This document shows positions 60,282-64,000 of a DNA stretch of 64,000 bases, one piece after another. Source of the DNA: Takakia lepidozioides (lineage: Eukaryota > Plantae > Bryophyta); assembly GCA_030704615.1 (NCBI GenBank), contig CM060732.1, positions 47,864,001 to 47,928,000 on the forward strand, written 5' to 3'. The first letter of the stretch is position 1; the number at the start of each line of letters is the position of its first letter. The notes under the pieces were generated by a model. It did not search any database. It saw nothing but the letters and a program-made list of their open reading frames with translations, and had not been told where the DNA came from. A program made the position numbers and the translations under genes.

Positions 60282-63200
60282 CATAGAAATTGAGATTAGG
60301 GGATCATTAACAGCTGTGGCTCACAACAAGCCCTGAACTACCAATAGAACGGAGGTGGGAGCTTGGACAATGGTGTACCTGTAAACCAGTCTTTTAGCGG
60401 CACGAGGGCCGCCTGAGTCATCTGACAGCAGCATTGTCCGGCGATGGGATTCAATCTCCGATAGGAATAATTTCTTATATGCCATCTTCTTCCATTGTTG
60501 TATCCACCGGTCCAAGGGAGGTGCAGTTCCCTCATCCATGGGGAAATCCGTGATCTTGTCGAGCAGCTCCATAGCTTCCGTTGTTACATGTGGACATCAT
60601 ATTGGTGTTACGGAGCAGTCCATAAAGAAATACATGCAAGTACTACAGGAGTATCGTAGGGGAAGACTCGTGACCTGAAACCACCATGTCTCTTTGGACA
60701 ACCACTTGTCCATTATCTTGTCTGTGATCTTCCCCTCCACCCCTGGAAAAAAAGCTTCTATCTGCTGGGCAGGTGCTTCAATATGCAGCTGCAACCACCT
60801 TTGCTTTTTTTCTGGGGAAACTTCCGAAGTCACAATCAAATATGCTCTCTCCAAGCCCGCTCTTTTCCCCCCCTCTTGACATGTTTGTAGAGTTTTCAAG
60901 AAAATTGGACCCGTTGCCGGGATCACAAATAGGCAACTTCTTTACCATCTGCTTAGATGTCTTCGCCTTTGCACTGTTTTTGGCAGCAACAATGGCCACC
61001 GCCAACCCGTCACGGTTTCGTTCTTGCTCTGGTGTATCGGCACCGTACCTTATTTTGGCTTGTGCAATGGCCTTCATGATGTCCGCCTGCATGCCAATCA
61101 AACAATCCTCATGATCGAATCTTATGGACCACCTTAAGTGTGCAATTCCAACGGACAAGTAATCCATGAAGTGCAATGTAAGAAGAACTCACATGCGCCA
61201 AAATCTCAATCATAGCCTCTTGGGTCATCGTATACAAGGTTTTCCCGGGCTCCTTGGCCAGAGATTTCTTGTAGTGCCGCTTGGTGAGGAGCCCCTTGTA
61301 TTGCTCTATTGGGCTAATACCTATCATTTGAATATACCACAGGTTGTGTATGTCCTCGGTCTTTACAAATGCCTTCTCATTAATACTGCAAGCAACGCAA
61401 CACAGGCACTTAAAGTTTGAAGTACGGACATGATGAAGATGAAATTGGCATTCCTTAACAGTCAAGTCATGTGCTACAGGTCAAGTAGCTTACGCGTTTG
61501 TTTGGAACATGGCAGCTTTGAGCATGCCGATTGTGTTCGCCTGGCATCGAAGAATTTTAGATTGCACTCGCACATGCCATTGTTTCTCCTTTGCCTTCAC
61601 AGTATTGATCAATTTTAACCACGTGTGCAGGCAGTGATTGTCATCCCACACGTAAAACATACGATTTTTCACCCATGACCGATTATCATCAGCCTGACAC
61701 TCTGCATCAAACTCGTCGCTAACCTGTTGCCAGTGTGCACTCCACCATGCTCGGATCTCATCTGTGACCAATGCGGGGTTCTCCATCTCATCGGTGGGTG
61801 TCAAATAAAAATACCCGTGCCCTTCCACATACCCATTCGTAAGAAAATAATCTTTCAATGCATCTCCCGCATTCTCCCCTACAATCGGTCTAATCTTTGG
61901 ATTCAAGGTCATCCTACAAAGAGGCACTTTGGGAAGCAAGGTGGAATAACTTATCGCAAGTTTGTTGACCACGGACTGCAGATTTCCTGCGTTGTGGTCT
62001 TCCAGCACAAGCAACTGCTTCATGGCATCGCCTTGATCCAAGATCTCCTCCGTTGTAGATGCAAGCCCAGCGGGATCGGGAACCGCAGGGACTTCCTCCT
62101 CATTGTACAATGAATGCGTGTTTGCTGCTGGCATATCCATGGTTGATGCAGTAACTGAAATAACCGGGCTGTTCAGAATACTCACATCTGGCCTCGCAAG
62201 GACCTGCTTGTGGGGAGACAAAAAAGCTTGAGGGCCCCCGTAAGACGACTCCCACTGCCCACGATGCTCAATAGCCTTGACTACTTCACCCCCGCCTGCG
62301 ATGGCCTTCTTCGAGGGAGCTGCAAGGTGTACGCGGCCGAGCTCGCTCACAGTTGGCTGGATGGAGCGATCGACATAAGGGGTGGCTAAGAACTCCCCAT
62401 CTAGATCCTCCAGAACGCCATCCGCGATAGGAGGTAGCGGCAAACAATCCTGCAATATGTCCGCTTTCTCTAATAGCGTGCTAAGACCTCCGTCTGAAAA
62501 CTGGCTGCCTCCCTCCAAATCCTGCAGACAATGAACGCAAGCATAATGAAAAGTAGAGCAAAAACAAAAACAAACAGCAAAGCTTAGAAACAACAAAGCC
62601 ATTGGCACGGGGGCTGCTATTTCATGAGCGGCATGAGCATGAGCGGGATAAAAAAAAGCATGAGCGGGCCATTGTCTGTCCACGGAAATAGGGTTAGGAG
62701 GCACGGAAATAGGGTCATGTGGACTCGTCATAGCAATGAAATGCAACATTTTATTGCAAATTTTGTGGCAAGCCACGTCTATACAAGTGTGTCCTAACTG
62801 TCATAGCAGGAATGGGAACTACTCTCCTACACCTTCCGAGGAACTTGGCCCTCCTTCTTCCTCATCCCCCTCATCCCCCCCATCCTCCGAGCTTTGTGAT
62901 GCATCGGTTGCAGTATGCCTCTCAAAAATGCCGTCCTCTCCTTGGGGGACTGTCCACCTCACCTCCTGGGAATCTTCTGCCTCTTCTCCCCCACTTTCCT
63001 CAGCATAATCCAAGACAAATCTACGAGCCCGACGGGCTCTAATAGCTGCTGCCTCCTCCCTCATCTTCATTTTCTTGAGGCTTGCCTCGTCTAAAATCTG
63101 CTGTACACGACTAGGTTCGGAACACCTCCTAATGGACACCGAAGCAAGCCGGGCAGCATAAGTAGGAAGGATGTAGTCCCTTTCTGGACTAGGCATGAAA

Positions 63201-63958
63201 TCCCCCCTGGCAAAAAAAGGCACGTTCCTCCTGCCCATGAACTCCGGTGTAGACGTCCTTCCTGCCGTACTTGGCATCCTACAGTAAGAACAAATCCACT
63301 TCAAGAATGTCAATACCAGCAAAAGCAGAAAGGGTTTTCAATGAAATAAGAGAGCAAAGGGAGGTGCCTCACGAAATCTGGAGGCAACTTACAATGCGAC
63401 CACTCACTCGTACACCGGGGGCTCCTCGGCCTCGATCCCAACTTGTTCCTCCCCCTGCTCCTTCTCGGATTTTTCCTCATCCTCCGAGGATGCCTCTTCC
63501 TCTTTTGGCAGACGTTCAGCCGCTGCAAGTTCCGAGTTGTGGAGGGCAGTATCTGGCTCGAAGGCGAACACATGCCTATCGGACAACGTCCCTGCCCACA
63601 TTGAAGCACCTGAGGAACAAAGCAGGCGGTTAATAGTTTGCAGCATGCAATTGCAATCGGGCCAGGGGACAAACTGAGCACGTGAAGGCTTACCCGTGCC
63701 GCATGTGAGGTCCAGAATCCGCCCTTGGACATCCGAGCACGTCTCCATGAGGGTTTGGATGAAAGCAGGGCTCCGGGTCCGGCTGTACCGCCATGGTTTG
63801 CCTGTCTTTGTGTCCTTCGGCATACTGGAGTGGGGCACATAGTTGTAGAGGACATCTTAGGTAACAGGGTCCACAGCGGCATCAACAAGACGACCGTCGT
63901 TGCGGAATTTGAACGTAGACCCTCTCTTCACAAAGCAATATGCCTCAAACACCAATGT
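56816..63958 (-). pseudogene. Multi-exon gene: beta-class amino-MTase-like domain + acidic linker + ParB/Srx-like domain + second MTase-like domain (5' part outside window; carries stops/frameshifts)
   Basis: Spliced 63958-63694 + 63609-: RSPAFIQTLMETCSDVQGRILDLTCGTGASMWAGTLSDRHVFAFEPD (motifs X-I-II). ParB-like KVPLCRM..IRP..LKDYF..GY..FYVWDDNHCL (61930-61500). Second MTase ADMVFCELPDG..AFEIAYQLMDDNGCFIV..KEKSPAFYQTLMEF/EGTRVLDL (57958-57270). Confidence 0.75.
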
Positions 63959-64000
63959 CTGCACATCCACAAAAGAGGGATCAACTCCGGGATCTAGTTT

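Larger units (their letters stand above)
55759..64000 (-). mobile_element. Large CACTA-like DNA transposon (one end visible) carrying a ParB-like/methyltransferase-like gene
   Basis: CACTACGGCAAT at 55759 followed by CCGAC/GTCG(T/G)TAA subterminal repeats, including three tandem aaggcgtc(g/a)(t/g)taaa units; other end and transposase not in window. Confidence 0.6.

Noticed and set aside
56816-64000. Bacterial or phage contamination explaining the ParB/MTase motifs
   Set aside because: The gene has multiple GT-AG introns at conserved positions and is contiguous with plant TE and PPR sequence.

Overview
Eukaryotic nuclear DNA from a land plant, most likely bryophyte or fern grade (inferred from GT-AG introns, PLS-type PPR remnants and the TE families; the species cannot be determined). 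Three intact intron-containing host genes can be reconstructed: a small plastid-envelope-type protein (3194-5649), an RLCK-VII/PBL-type kinase (7105-11381) and an NPF/PTR transporter (44200-48078). An F-box pseudogene lies at 12278-13392. The rest is a dense nested TE landscape. It includes LINE remnants and a 12.8-kb Ty3/gypsy element (17190-30017, TSD GCATT) with an internal inversion, a captured host fragment and a large extra ORF. There is also a deleted chromovirus-like element, MULE, CACTA, SINE-like and MITE pieces, PPR/PDF-motif gene debris and a decayed intron-containing tyrosine recombinase of Crypton/DUF3504 type. The strongest novelty candidate is 55759 to the window end. This is a CACTA-terminated element carrying a spliced minus-strand gene with a ParB/Srx-like domain flanked by two paralogous beta-class (N4C/N6A-type) DNA amino-methyltransferase-like domains, plus about ten copies of a 21-bp palindrome. 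All domain calls are motif recognition by eye; no searches were run.
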